Translations under genes and position numbers: made by a program | In this document: positions 35,833 through 45,245 of the stretch, one piece after another | Numbering within the stretch: the first letter of the stretch is position 1 | Layout: every line of letters begins with the position of its first letter | Notes under the pieces: model-generated | Databases searched by the model: none | What the model saw: only the letters and a program-made list of their open reading frames with translations | What the model was told of the DNA's origin: nothing | NCBI GenBank assembly: GCA_036384015.1 | Contig: DASVNF010000100.1 | Span: forward strand, 5,952-69,951 | DNA: 64,000 nucleotides | From: Burkholderiales bacterium | Lineage (GTDB): Bacteria; Pseudomonadota; Gammaproteobacteria; Burkholderiales; JACQAP01 | Reading direction: 5' to 3'

Positions 35833-36810
35833 TTACTTCGGCTGAATCGGGATGGCCAGGGGGCGAATCGGCGACGCGGTCGCACCGCGCAGCTTGAGGG
35901 GGGAAGCGATGAAAAGAAACTCGTAGACCCGATCCTTCGACAGGTCTTCGAGCCACACGGCTTCGAGCAGGGAGACGCCCCGCTCGGCTTGGAGATAAGA
36001 ATGCAGCGGGACGAAATTCTCGGGGTCCTTCGACGGGAAAGCCTCGACGCCGAAGTTATCCGCCCCCAACAGCATCGCCTTGTTCTTCTCGACCAGCCAC
36101 TGGGCCGCCTCGAGGCCCAGTCCCGGCTGGTCCGCCAGACGGTATTTTTCCGGATCCGGCCAAAGGGCCATGGCTCCGGTCCGCGTCAGCACGACATCGC
36201 CCGGCCGAAGTGTCGTACCCTGCTTTTTCAGCGCATCCTCCAGGTCCGCCACCGTGATCGCATAGGAAGTCGGCAGGTGCGCCACATTCTTGGACCTTGC
36301 CACATCGATGAGCACGCCCCGGGCAATGATCGGCGGATACTTGTCGGCGCCGGACTTGGTCCATCCGCGAACGCCAAGCGCTTCCTTGGCGCTGACCTGA
36401 TTCCAGATCTGCCCATGCAGGCCGAAGTGATTGAGGGTGTCGAGATGGGTGCCGGTGTGGGTATACATGGAGATCCCATCGCCCGAGTAGGACAGCAGTT
36501 CCTTCGATGAATCCTGAGCCGGCGTATGCGTCATGAAGATCTGAAAGGTGGGATCCCCAAAGGGGGCGCAGCAGGTCGGCATCCCCACAAACAGGTCGAC
36601 GCCCAGATCGTAGACCTTGCCCCCGGCGATCTGCTTGAGAACGTCGAATCTCGAAGCATCGGTCATCATGTTGAGGGTGCCGATTTCATCGGCCGGACCC
36701 CAGGGACTCTTTGCCGCTACATTCTTGGCAATCTGCGCGAAGGCGGAACCTGTGGCGACCGCAAGGCCAACCGCAACAACAAACCCCAGGATGGCAATCT
36801 TCGATTTCAT
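35833..36810 (-). CDS. Cyclase-family protein (kynurenine formamidase-like fold), secreted
   Basis: Signal peptide ending GSAFAQ. Motif HTGTHLDTLNHFG (H.GTH.D...H), characteristic of the putative cyclase family. Confidence 0.7.
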   Translation of the reverse strand: MKSKIAILGFVVAVGLAVATGSAFAQIAKNVAAKSPWGPADEIGTLNMMTDASRFDVLKQIAGGKVYDLGVDLFVGMPTCCAPFGDPTFQIFMTHTPAQDSSKELLSYSGDGISMYTHTGTHLDTLNHFGLHGQIWNQVSAKEALGVRGWTKSGADKYPPIIARGVLIDVARSKNVAHLPTSYAITVADLEDALKKQGTTLRPGDVVLTRTGAMALWPDPEKYRLADQPGLGLEAAQWLVEKNKAMLLGADNFGVEAFPSKDPENFVPLHSYLQAERGVSLLEAVWLEDLSKDRVYEFLFIASPLKLRGATASPIRPLAIPIQPK

Positions 36811-37047
36811 GGCACGTCTCCTCTTCTCGGGTGGAATGGCAAGTGGAACGACAATGCGCCGGGCTGTCCTCCATTTCCCATGCGCACTACCCTGGGAGTC
36901 GGGGACAAGGTCTCACGCGGAACCCGGTTGAAAAAATATTATCCTCCTCACGATGGCGCATGGGGAAGCCGGCGATTCTTTTCGCGGCGCCGCCTGAACG
37001 ACGTTCATTCCAGGCGCCGCATATCACGCCTAAAGCCTCTTCGGATC

Positions 37048-37770
37048 CTAACGGGTGAACATCCACAGCAATAGCGGGAACAGGATCGACGACGCCAGCG
37101 CCGTCAGCGCCATCGCCACGCCCGCAAAAGCGCCGGCCTCCTCGCTGACCTGAAACGCGCGGGCGATGCCCATGCCGTGCGCCGCGACGCCGATCGAGAA
37201 GCCGCGCACGGCGTGATCGGTAATCTTCAGAAAGTTCAGGACGTATTTCGCGCTGATCACCCCGACGACACCTGTGACCATGACCAGCACGGCCGTAAGT
37301 GAAGGAAGGCCGCCGATCTTTTCCGAAATGCCCATGGCAATCGGCGCCGTAACGGATTTCGGCGCGATCGACAGCATCGTCGTGTCACTGGCCCCGAGCA
37401 GCCACGCGATGCCTACGGCGGACCCCACCGCTACCACCCCGCCGACCAGCAGCGCCCCGATGACAGGTATGACGGCGCGCCGCAGTTTTCCCAGTAAGGG
37501 ATAGAGCGGAACGGCCAGCGCGACCGTCGCCGGCCCCAGGAGAAAGTGCACGAACTGCGCGCCGTCGAAGTAGGTCTGGTACGGCGTGTGCGTAACCGTC
37601 AGCAACACCACCAGCACCGCCACCGAAATGGGCACCGGATTGAGCAGCGGGTTGAAGTTCGCGCGCTTGTAGATCCAGAATGCGCCCTGGTACACGAGCA
37701 AGGCCACGGTCAAGCCCAGCAGCGGCGTGGTGGAAAGATAGACCCAGATGTCGGTGAGCTTCGGCGTCAC
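37048..37770 (-). CDS. lrgB: LrgB-family membrane protein
   Basis: GTG 37770 overlaps the lrgA stop (GTGA). Multi-pass membrane protein with LrgB-like strings LLGPATVALAVPLY, APKSVTAPIAMGISE.IGG and PSLTA. Confidence 0.75.
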   Translation of the reverse strand: MTPKLTDIWVYLSTTPLLGLTVALLVYQGAFWIYKRANFNPLLNPVPISVAVLVVLLTVTHTPYQTYFDGAQFVHFLLGPATVALAVPLYPLLGKLRRAVIPVIGALLVGGVVAVGSAVGIAWLLGASDTTMLSIAPKSVTAPIAMGISEKIGGLPSLTAVLVMVTGVVGVISAKYVLNFLKITDHAVRGFSIGVAAHGMGIARAFQVSEEAGAFAGVAMALTALASSILFPLLLWMFTR

Positions 37771-38126
37771 GCTTCCTCCTTCTCGCGGGAGAATCGGTGC
37801 ATCAGCCAGTTCATTACCAGCGCCGTGCAGGCAATGGTCAGGAGCGTGCCCAGGACCAACGCTACCGTGATCGGCAGCCATTCATCCTTCAGCCGCGACA
37901 GGTGCACCATTACCCCGACACCAGCCGGCACGAACATGAGGGAGAAATGCTGCAGCATCCCCGTCGCCGTCGTCCGCAACTCCTCGGGCACGCCGCGCCG
38001 CAGGATCAGGGCGACCAGCAACAGCGCGAATCCGATCACCGGGCCCGGCACCGGCAGGCCGAAGCCGTGCGAGATCGCCTCCCCCGCGAGTTGGAACACC
38101 AGCAGGACTGTCAGGGCACCCAGCAT
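37767..38126 (-). CDS. lrgA: LrgA/CidA holin-like membrane protein
   Basis: 119 aa with 4 hydrophobic helices. Strings LLVFQLAGEAI, PVPGPVIGFALL and LFVPAGVGVM. Confidence 0.75.
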   Translation of the reverse strand: MLGALTVLLVFQLAGEAISHGFGLPVPGPVIGFALLLVALILRRGVPEELRTTATGMLQHFSLMFVPAGVGVMVHLSRLKDEWLPITVALVLGTLLTIACTALVMNWLMHRFSREKEEA

Positions 38127-38144
38127 CTCACCGTCCGCAGGCGC

Positions 38145-39221
38145 TCAGGGAACGACGGCAAAGAACAGGAAAGCCGCGAAAATCGCCAGGTGGACCACGC
38201 CCTGCAACATCGTGGTGCGGCCCGTGCCGAGCGTAATGACCCCGACGATCAACGTCAGCGCCAGGAGCACGATTTCCTTCGGCTGCAGCCCGAGCAGGAT
38301 GGGGTGATCGAACAGGATCGACACCGCAGCCACCGTCGGAATCGTCAGTCCGATGCTGGCGAGCGCGGACCCGAGCGCGAGGTTGAGGCTGGTCTGCAGC
38401 CGGTCGGCGCGGGCATTGCGCACGGCCGCGAACCCCTCGGGCAGGAGCACCAGAGCCGCGATGATGATGCCGACCACGGCAGCCGGCGCGCCAAGCCGGC
38501 TCACGCCGCTTTCGACGATCGACGACAGGATTTTCGCGAGGCCGACGACGCCGACGAGGGCCACGAACAGCAGCCCCAGGCTTGCCAGCGCGACCCGGTT
38601 GGAGGGCGGCTCGGCGTGGACTTCCTCGTTGGCGCTTGCCGCGAGGAAATAATCGCGGTGGCGGATGGTCTGGATAAAGACGAACACCAGGTAAAGCACC
38701 AGGGAGACGATGCCGGCAAAAACAAGCTGCGAATTCGACAGGCCCGGCCCCGGCACCGTCGTCGCGTAACTGGGCAGGACCATCGACAGCACGGACAAGG
38801 CGCAGAGCACGGCCAGTGCCGAACTGGCACCCTGGATCTGGAATCCCTGTTCGTGATGGCGCATGCCGCCCATCAGGAGGCACAGGCCGACGATGCCGTT
38901 GCAACAGATCATGATCGCCGCGAACACCGTGTCGCGCGGCAGCGCCTCCTTGCCCGGGCCGCCGGATAGCATCACCGATACGATCAGCGCCACTTCGATG
39001 ACCGTCACCGCGACCGCCAGCACCAGCGTGCCGAAAGGCTCGCCGACTTTGTGGGCCACGACTTCGGCGTGGTGGACCGCGGCGATGACCGCACCGACCA
39101 GGGCAACCGCCGCCAGCGCCGTCATGAATGCGCCCGGAATGACCAGGGAAATGGCCATGACCAGCCACGCCAGCGCCGGCACGAACCAAGTCCAGTGTGG
39201 ATTGGTAATGCGCTGTGACAT
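38145..39221 (-). CDS. chaA: Calcium/proton antiporter (CaCA family, ChaA-like)
   Basis: C-terminal 358 aa of run-on ORF 38145..40505 from ATG 39221. Two alpha-repeat regions: GTLVLAVAVTVIEVALI and ALVLLPEGFAAVRNA...LNLALGSALASIGLTIP. Confidence 0.75.
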   Translation of the reverse strand: MSQRITNPHWTWFVPALAWLVMAISLVIPGAFMTALAAVALVGAVIAAVHHAEVVAHKVGEPFGTLVLAVAVTVIEVALIVSVMLSGGPGKEALPRDTVFAAIMICCNGIVGLCLLMGGMRHHEQGFQIQGASSALAVLCALSVLSMVLPSYATTVPGPGLSNSQLVFAGIVSLVLYLVFVFIQTIRHRDYFLAASANEEVHAEPPSNRVALASLGLLFVALVGVVGLAKILSSIVESGVSRLGAPAAVVGIIIAALVLLPEGFAAVRNARADRLQTSLNLALGSALASIGLTIPTVAAVSILFDHPILLGLQPKEIVLLALTLIVGVITLGTGRTTMLQGVVHLAIFAAFLFFAVVP

Positions 39222-39235
39222 ATCCGCGGCGAGGA

Positions 39236-39757
39236 TCAGTTGTGGGGACGCACCAGCACCAGCGCCAGGCGGAACGGCAGCAGTGCGAACAGCGCAATAG
39301 CCACCTTGACGCCCAGATCGCCGAGCGCCAGGGTAACCCAGGGCATGTCGGTGCCGGCGAAAGCCAGAGTGAAGAAAATCGCCGTATCCAGAACGGAGCC
39401 GGCCAGCGTGGACACGAGCGGCGGCTTCCACCAGGCGAGCCGGCGCAGGCGGTTGAACACCGTCACGTCGAGCAGTTCGGCGCACAGGAACGCGGTGCCG
39501 GACGCGATCGCGATGCGCGGCGTGGCGAGCCAGGCCGATAGCAGCAACGCAACCATGAAGCCGGCATACACGATCTGGCGGGCAACGCGCGGACCGTGAT
39601 AGCGGTTCGCGAGATCCACCACGAGGAACGAAAACGGATAGGTGAGCGCCCCCCAGGTGAGCCAGTCGCCAAGGGGGTATTGCACCAGGATATTTGAGCT
39701 CACGATGATGACGACCATCGCAGCCGCGAAAACGGCGGTGACGTACAGGGGTTTCAT
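39236..39757 (-). CDS. yhhQ: VUT/YhhQ-family membrane protein (queuosine-precursor transporter family, DUF165)
   Basis: 173 aa. Strings ALTYPFSFLVVDL, AELLDVTVFNRLR and GSVLDTAIFFTLAF match my memory of YhhQ-type proteins. Confidence 0.6.
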   Translation of the reverse strand: MKPLYVTAVFAAAMVVIIVSSNILVQYPLGDWLTWGALTYPFSFLVVDLANRYHGPRVARQIVYAGFMVALLLSAWLATPRIAIASGTAFLCAELLDVTVFNRLRRLAWWKPPLVSTLAGSVLDTAIFFTLAFAGTDMPWVTLALGDLGVKVAIALFALLPFRLALVLVRPHN

Positions 39758-39902
39758 GGGATTCCCGGGGATCGAAGGCCATGATTATGCTGTGGCATCG
39801 TTGCCGTTGCCAGCACATCCGGGAGCCTGGGGTTTTGTGCTCTAATCCCGTTACCCGAATTGAAACGCCGGGTTCGGTGAAACCCTTCAAGAGGAGATGT
39901 CC

Positions 39903-41201
39903 ATGCGCCGCCTGCTGCCCGCCCTTGCCCTTTTGCTGCTCGCCGCCGGCAGCCCCGCCCCGGCGCAGGACCTTGCGGCCACGGTGGACCGGCAAGTCCG
40001 CAGTCTGGAGGGCAAGGTCATCGGGTGGCGGCGCCATGCCCATCAGAATCCGGAGCTCTCGAACCGCGAGGTCAAGACCGCGGAATGGGTCGCCGGGCAT
40101 CTGCGCAAGCTCGGCATGGAAGTGAAAACGGGCGTGGCAAAGACGGGGGTGATCGGCCTGCTGAAGGGCGGCAAGCCGGGAGCGGTGGTGGCGTTGCGCG
40201 CCGACATGGACGCCCTGCCCGTCGTCGAGGAATCCGACCTTTCCTTCAAGTCCACCGTAAAAACGGAGTATCTCGGCCAGCAGGTCGGCGTCATGCATGC
40301 CTGCGGACATGACGCGCATATCGCCATCCTGATGGGCGTGGCCGAGGCCCTCGCCGGCGTCCGCGAACAGCTGCCCGGTACGGTGAAGTTCATCTTCCAG
40401 CCGGCAGAGGAAGGTCCACCGCCCGGCGAGACCGGCGGGGCGCCGCTGATGGTGGCGGAAGGCGCGCTCGAAGATCCGAAACCGGACGCCATTTTCGGCC
40501 TGCACGTGATCTCCGGGCAGCCCGCAGGGATGATCACCTACCGCGCGGGCCCGCTCATGGCGAGCGCCGACTGGCTATACATCACCGTCAAGGGCAAGCA
40601 GACCCACGGCGCGTGGCCGTGGATGGGCATCGATCCCGTCGTGACTTCCGCGCAGATCGTGACCGGCCTGCAGAACATCGTGGCGCGGCAGATCGATGTT
40701 TCCAGGGAGCCCGCTGTGGTCTCCGTCGCCACCATCAACGGCGGCGCCCGCAAGAACATCATTCCCGACAAGGTGGAGATGACGGGCACCATCCGCAGCT
40801 TCGACGAGGAAATGCGCCAGGACATCCATGCGCGCATCAAGCACATTTCGGAAGCGATCGCCGAAGCCAACCACGCGCACGCGGAGGTCAAAGTGGAGAA
40901 GGCCGTTCCGGTGACGGTGAACGACCCGACGCTGACGGAGAGGATGATCCCGACCCTGAAGCGCATCGGCGGCGAAGGCGGAGCCGCGGTGTCCAAGCGC
41001 GTGATGGTTGCCGAGGATTTCTCCTACTTCCAGGAAAAGGTGCCGGGCATGTTCTACTTCGTCGGCATCACCCCGAAAGACCAGGACATGGCCGCAGCGG
41101 CACCCAACCACTCGCCGCGCTTTTTCATCGACGAATCGGGATTGCTGCAAGGCACGCGATCGCTCGCCGCGCTGGCGGTGGATTTCCTGACGGGGCGCTG
41201 A
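39903..41201 (+). CDS. M20-family amidohydrolase/peptidase (aminoacylase/hippurate hydrolase-like), secreted
   Basis: Signal peptide ending SPAPAQD. Metal-binding motif MHACGHDAHIAILMG and FQPAEEG. ATG 39903 has GAGGAG 6 nt upstream, and ATG 39897 is an alternative. Confidence 0.8.
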   Translation: MRRLLPALALLLLAAGSPAPAQDLAATVDRQVRSLEGKVIGWRRHAHQNPELSNREVKTAEWVAGHLRKLGMEVKTGVAKTGVIGLLKGGKPGAVVALRADMDALPVVEESDLSFKSTVKTEYLGQQVGVMHACGHDAHIAILMGVAEALAGVREQLPGTVKFIFQPAEEGPPPGETGGAPLMVAEGALEDPKPDAIFGLHVISGQPAGMITYRAGPLMASADWLYITVKGKQTHGAWPWMGIDPVVTSAQIVTGLQNIVARQIDVSREPAVVSVATINGGARKNIIPDKVEMTGTIRSFDEEMRQDIHARIKHISEAIAEANHAHAEVKVEKAVPVTVNDPTLTERMIPTLKRIGGEGGAAVSKRVMVAEDFSYFQEKVPGMFYFVGITPKDQDMAAAAPNHSPRFFIDESGLLQGTRSLAALAVDFLTGR

Positions 41202-41229
41202 CAAACATCGCAAGACACCGGAATCAGCC

Positions 41230-42063
41230 ATGCGCAAAGACCCGGTAGTGGGAATTGCGGGTTGTGGCTCGATGGGACTGCCGATGGCGCAGGCATTGCA
41301 GGACACCAGCTACGAAGTCTGGGGTCTCGATGTCCGTCCGGCGAACGAGTTCGGCACCTTCCAGTCGCGCATGCTCGAAGACCCTGCGGAGTTTGGCCGC
41401 CGCGTGCAAGTCGTCATCTCGGTGGTCAGGGATGTAGCCCAGACCCTGGACGTGTGTTTCGATCGACAGGCCTTGTTCGCGCAACCGCAGTATCCGAAGA
41501 CCCTGATCATCAGTTCGACACTGACACCACGTTTCATTCCGGAATTGCGCCGCCGGCTTCCCGCTGACGTCACCCTCATTGATGCGCCGATGTCCGGCGC
41601 CCCGCACGCAGCACGTTTGCGCAAGCTCAGCTTCATGCTGGGGGGGCCGAACGAGGCCTTAGACCATCTGATGCCGTTGTTCGACGCCATGGGCCAGCAC
41701 GTTTTCAGGCTCGGTCCGCTCGGCGCGGGCATGACGGCAAAGGTGTTGAATAATTATGTGGCCAGCGCTTCCGTCGTTGCCGTGCGCCGCGCGTATGCAC
41801 GCGCAAGGGAACTGGGCGCGGACCTGGAAACGCTGCGATCGGTCATGCAAGCCAGTTCCGGGGCAACCTGGTTCGGCGACCACTTTCACGAGATCGACTG
41901 GTCGCGCGAAGGTTACGACCCCGACAACACGATCGGGATTCTCGAGAAGGACATTCGCTCCGGGCTGGATGCAATGGCAGGAGCGGAGCACGCTGCTCCG
42001 GATGCGTTCGATGCCGCGTTGCTCGAAGCGATACGGGCGATGGAGCCGTTTGAAGGGACCTGA
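41230..42063 (+). CDS. NAD(P)-dependent oxidoreductase, 3-hydroxyisobutyrate/6-phosphogluconate dehydrogenase-like family
   Basis: N-terminal Rossmann motif VGIAGCGSMGLPMA. Central GAGMTAKVLNN, typical of the HIBADH family. Confidence 0.7.
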   Translation: MRKDPVVGIAGCGSMGLPMAQALQDTSYEVWGLDVRPANEFGTFQSRMLEDPAEFGRRVQVVISVVRDVAQTLDVCFDRQALFAQPQYPKTLIISSTLTPRFIPELRRRLPADVTLIDAPMSGAPHAARLRKLSFMLGGPNEALDHLMPLFDAMGQHVFRLGPLGAGMTAKVLNNYVASASVVAVRRAYARARELGADLETLRSVMQASSGATWFGDHFHEIDWSREGYDPDNTIGILEKDIRSGLDAMAGAEHAAPDAFDAALLEAIRAMEPFEGT

Positions 42064-42199
42064 CGCGGTAGTCAGATTGATCCATGGCATCCGCATAACG
42101 AAACATCTGTTCAAGGAAAGGCCTTGCCCCCCTTCCAGCAAGCCAGGCCACCCTCACCCTGGCGGCCTGGCCCTGCCCGTGCATATGCCTGTCAGAGCG

Positions 42200-42922
42200 T
42201 CATTTCCAGACTGCTGGCTGGCTAAAACCAAAGGCAGCCTCTCGCAGCTCGGCGGCCCAGAGCAACTTCTCCGGCTTTACTCCAGCGATGTCGGAGTCCG
42301 GAAAATTGATCTCCACTGTAACGGGCTCAGCTCCGCAAGCGATGGTGGCAAAGGGAATCTGCATCCTGGACAGCTTCGATCCGTCGGGCGACGGAATGAA
42401 ATAGTTCAGGGTCCCCGCCGCGTTCCCGCACTGATCGGAGGTCTTGATCCTGACCGTCCCCCAGACTTTGCCGCTCATCATTCCGGTTGCCTGAAGGACG
42501 CCGTCCGCGGTTTCCAGCTTGGTGCCGCCGCTGCGTATCCCCGACCCCCAGATCCTGGTAAAGGCCTCAGTGATGTTCGCCGTCGGCCCCACGCCAGCAC
42601 GGAAGATGTAGCGCGCTTTGCTCCCATCGGCAGCATCTTGTCCCGCAAGGTCAATCCACCCATACCCGGATTGGTAAGGCGCGGCGCCATAGCCGCGTGG
42701 GGAGTGATAGATGTTTATCCCGCCTGTCCGTTCCGGGGTGGCCGAAAGACCCTTGGGGACAATCTTGAGAACTGCCTCATTCCACATGACCCCGACCAGG
42801 ACGTGATTGTTTCCCGCCATCTGCCACGGCAGCCCCGGAACGTCGCCTTCCGCCGCGCTTGCCGATACACTCAGCATTACACCTGCAAGTAACCCCCTTC
42901 CAATCGTCCGCGAACGTTGCAT
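42200..42922 (-). CDS. Secreted hypothetical protein (possibly acetoacetate-decarboxylase-like fold)
   Basis: Signal peptide LLAGVMLSVSASAAEG. Beta-rich. The family suggestion is weak. Confidence 0.35.
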   Translation of the reverse strand: MQRSRTIGRGLLAGVMLSVSASAAEGDVPGLPWQMAGNNHVLVGVMWNEAVLKIVPKGLSATPERTGGINIYHSPRGYGAAPYQSGYGWIDLAGQDAADGSKARYIFRAGVGPTANITEAFTRIWGSGIRSGGTKLETADGVLQATGMMSGKVWGTVRIKTSDQCGNAAGTLNYFIPSPDGSKLSRMQIPFATIACGAEPVTVEINFPDSDIAGVKPEKLLWAAELREAAFGFSQPAVWK

Positions 42923-43369
42923 GTGATCCCCCGTAATGTATGAATAAGGTGCAGTGCCACGCGGCTACGTTTGTCGAAAGATATCAGCGCGGCGAATGCA
43001 CACGACCTGCCCCCAAACTGCCAGGGACTATTTGGTGAATCTCTGTGTATAACAGTTGGAGCAGGACGCTCCGAAGATGTGGCGCCGGCCGTGTTTGGCC
43101 GGGGAATTGTTTAGGCTGGAATCAGGGAAATTGTAACGCAAGTCGTGCTACCGGGATCCGGAGCCAATTCGTTTGGCATATGCTTGATTTCCAGCGGGGA
43201 GCTTGCGCGATGAATCCAGCACCCCGACACGAGCTGATGCCATGGGCTGGGCACGGTACACCAAAGTCCCCCATTGGCCGATTGCAGGCGCCTTACTACC
43301 GCCGGCGGACATTCGACGCTCGAGTTCACCGGCTGCCGAAGGCAGCCCGGTGGAACGAAGGGTTGGGCT

Positions 43370-43774
43370 TCATCGCGCTGGCTTCGTAACTGGCGGCCGG
43401 CTCTTGCGGTAGGAGTTCTTCAGAAATATCTTGCCGCCCCGCAGGGTGAACAGGTCGCAACCATGAACTTCGACGCGGGTTCCGTCCGCCCGCGTTCCCG
43501 TGAACGTCCACTCCGATACCCCCCGGTCTCCGTGGACAAAATGGCGCGCGTTGCCCCAGTGGGCATCGGGAAAGACCGCCCAGACCTCGGCGAAGCCGGC
43601 CCGCACGGCCTCCGCGCCTTCGTATCGGGTTCCGCAGACATCGGCGCCGGCAGAGGATTCGAAAACACAATCCTCCGTCATGAACGACATCAGGGCATCG
43701 ACATCGTGGCGATTCCACGCGTCGGCAAAGGCCTGCAATACTTCGGTGGTCACTTCAGGAATCATTGCCTGCAT
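43370..43774 (-). CDS. SnoaL/NTF2-like domain protein
   Basis: ATG 43774 with a GGAGG RBS. Strings FADAWNRHDVDALMSFMTEDCVFE and LFTLRGGKI are typical of SnoaL-like proteins. Confidence 0.6.
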   Translation of the reverse strand: MQAMIPEVTTEVLQAFADAWNRHDVDALMSFMTEDCVFESSAGADVCGTRYEGAEAVRAGFAEVWAVFPDAHWGNARHFVHGDRGVSEWTFTGTRADGTRVEVHGCDLFTLRGGKIFLKNSYRKSRPPVTKPAR

Positions 43775-43852
43775 GACGGGAATCCTCCATACAGCCTTCA
43801 TGCGGGCGCAGCGCATGGCCGGTTGGCATGCACGCTCCGCGGGACGGGTTCG

Positions 43853-44272
43853 TTACAGGTCCAGCTCGATCCTGTTATGGTCGACCTTGACCGGATCGCC
43901 GACCCGCAGGTCGGCGCCGTAGCGCGTTTCGACGATGCCGTTGCGGCCGTCGTTGTAGCGGACGTCGATTTCATAGCTGATCTCGGTCAGGCGATCGCGC
44001 ATTTCCTGGTTGCCGACCGCGCCGACGAATCCCTTCACATGCGAATCGCCGCCGAACGTGAATCCGAACACCGGACCGACCGGCGGCAACCGCTGCGTCA
44101 ACGTGCTTGCGGACGCGCGCTCCTGCTGCAGTTCGCGAATGCTGGTGATGACGCCGCATTGGCGGCAGGAGGAATCCCTGCCCGCAGGAGGCGAATCCTG
44201 CTGGGCGGCAAGATAGCCTGCGGTTCCGAGCGCGCACGCCAGGGACAGGCGGGAAAGCAGACGCATGCTCAT
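43853..44272 (-). CDS. Secreted hypothetical protein
   Basis: ORF 43853..44362 trimmed to ATG 44272. Signal peptide LSLACALGTAGYLAAQQ. CRQCG motif. No family recognised. Confidence 0.4.
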   Translation of the reverse strand: MSMRLLSRLSLACALGTAGYLAAQQDSPPAGRDSSCRQCGVITSIRELQQERASASTLTQRLPPVGPVFGFTFGGDSHVKGFVGAVGNQEMRDRLTEISYEIDVRYNDGRNGIVETRYGADLRVGDPVKVDHNRIELDL

Positions 44273-44282
44273 CGACGTCCCC

Positions 44283-45137
44283 TCACTCCGGAAGGGCCTG
44301 CAGTACATAGAGCGACGACAGCAGCAGGCCGGGCCGCCCGAGCTTCCCCAGCCACAGGTCATAGATCTTCATGATGTCGCCCGACCGGTAAACCCGCGCC
44401 AGGGCGCGGTTCACCGCCAGCCGGAAATCGTGGTCGTCGCGGCGCAGCGCCAGCGCGTAAGGTTCGATGGAAAAATCATCGTCGATCAGGCTGAACGCCT
44501 GCTTGCCCTGGGAATCCAGGGCCAGTCCAAGCAGGACCAGGCGATCGGACGCATACGCGTCGACCTCGCCCGCATCGAGCATCGCCATGCCCTTGCGCTC
44601 GTCGCTGACGGGCGTGACTTTGGCCTGGATGCCGAGGCGCTTGAGCTCCCGCGTCAGCGCGTCGGTGGTCGTCGTCCCCTTCACCACCGCAATGCGCTTG
44701 CCGGAAAAATCAGCCATGCGCCGCAGGCCGGCGCCAAGCTTTACCAGCAGGCTGCCGCCATCGACGAAGGTCATCAGACTGAAATCCACGTCCTGGCTAC
44801 GGGACAGCGTCCAGGTCGTCGTCCCGCACTCCAGGTCGATCCGCCCTTCCCTGACCGCCTGCAGGCGATCCTGCAGCGTGACCTTGACCCATTCGGTCCG
44901 CAGCCCGGGCAATTTCAGCTCCGTGCGCAGATCCTCGACCACGCGGTTGCACAGGTCGATCGCGTAGCCCGCCGGCGGTTTACCGCTTTCCGCGTGGGAA
45001 AACGGCGCCGCGGCTTCCAGGTAGCCCAGCCGGATCACCCCGCTCTTGCCTATGCGTTCGAGGGTGCCCGGAGCGGCATTTGCGCCGGTGGCGATCAAGG
45101 ACAGCAGCACGGACAGCAGGCCGATTGCAGATTTCAT
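44283..45137 (-). CDS. Periplasmic solute-binding protein, family 3, orphan (paralog of 3165..4031)
   Basis: Signal peptide ending GANAAP. Strings IRLGY, GYAIDLC, IDLECGTTTWTLSR and a C-terminal LQALPE. Alignable along its full length with the SBP at 3165..4031. Confidence 0.8.
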   Translation of the reverse strand: MKSAIGLLSVLLSLIATGANAAPGTLERIGKSGVIRLGYLEAAAPFSHAESGKPPAGYAIDLCNRVVEDLRTELKLPGLRTEWVKVTLQDRLQAVREGRIDLECGTTTWTLSRSQDVDFSLMTFVDGGSLLVKLGAGLRRMADFSGKRIAVVKGTTTTDALTRELKRLGIQAKVTPVSDERKGMAMLDAGEVDAYASDRLVLLGLALDSQGKQAFSLIDDDFSIEPYALALRRDDHDFRLAVNRALARVYRSGDIMKIYDLWLGKLGRPGLLLSSLYVLQALPE

Positions 45138-45245
45138 GTCAGTTCCCGAATGAATTGTGGGTTCGGCTTCCGGCAGGCGACAACCATCACAGGATAACCC
45201 AGAGCGGAAAAACGGGCAGCCCGAAAATATCGGGCCTGCACCCGC

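Noticed and set aside
39758-39896. preQ1 riboswitch upstream of the YhhQ-like transporter gene
   Set aside because: I could not find the small hairpin plus A-rich tail (..CCC....AAAAAACUA) of preQ1-I or any preQ1-II/III features on the minus strand of this spacer.
38145-40505. 786-aa run-on ORF and the similar run-on ORFs 31104..32036, 33783..34823 and 60032..61651
   Set aside because: Only the C-terminal parts have protein-like sequence, an RBS-linked start and a signal peptide or TM pattern. The N-terminal extensions cross neighbouring genes or intergenic DNA and were trimmed.
43045-43389. ORFs 43045..43389 (+) and 43111..43329 (-) in the long spacer
   Set aside because: They have no RBS, atypical composition and no motif, and they overlap each other and the 3' end of the SnoaL-like gene.
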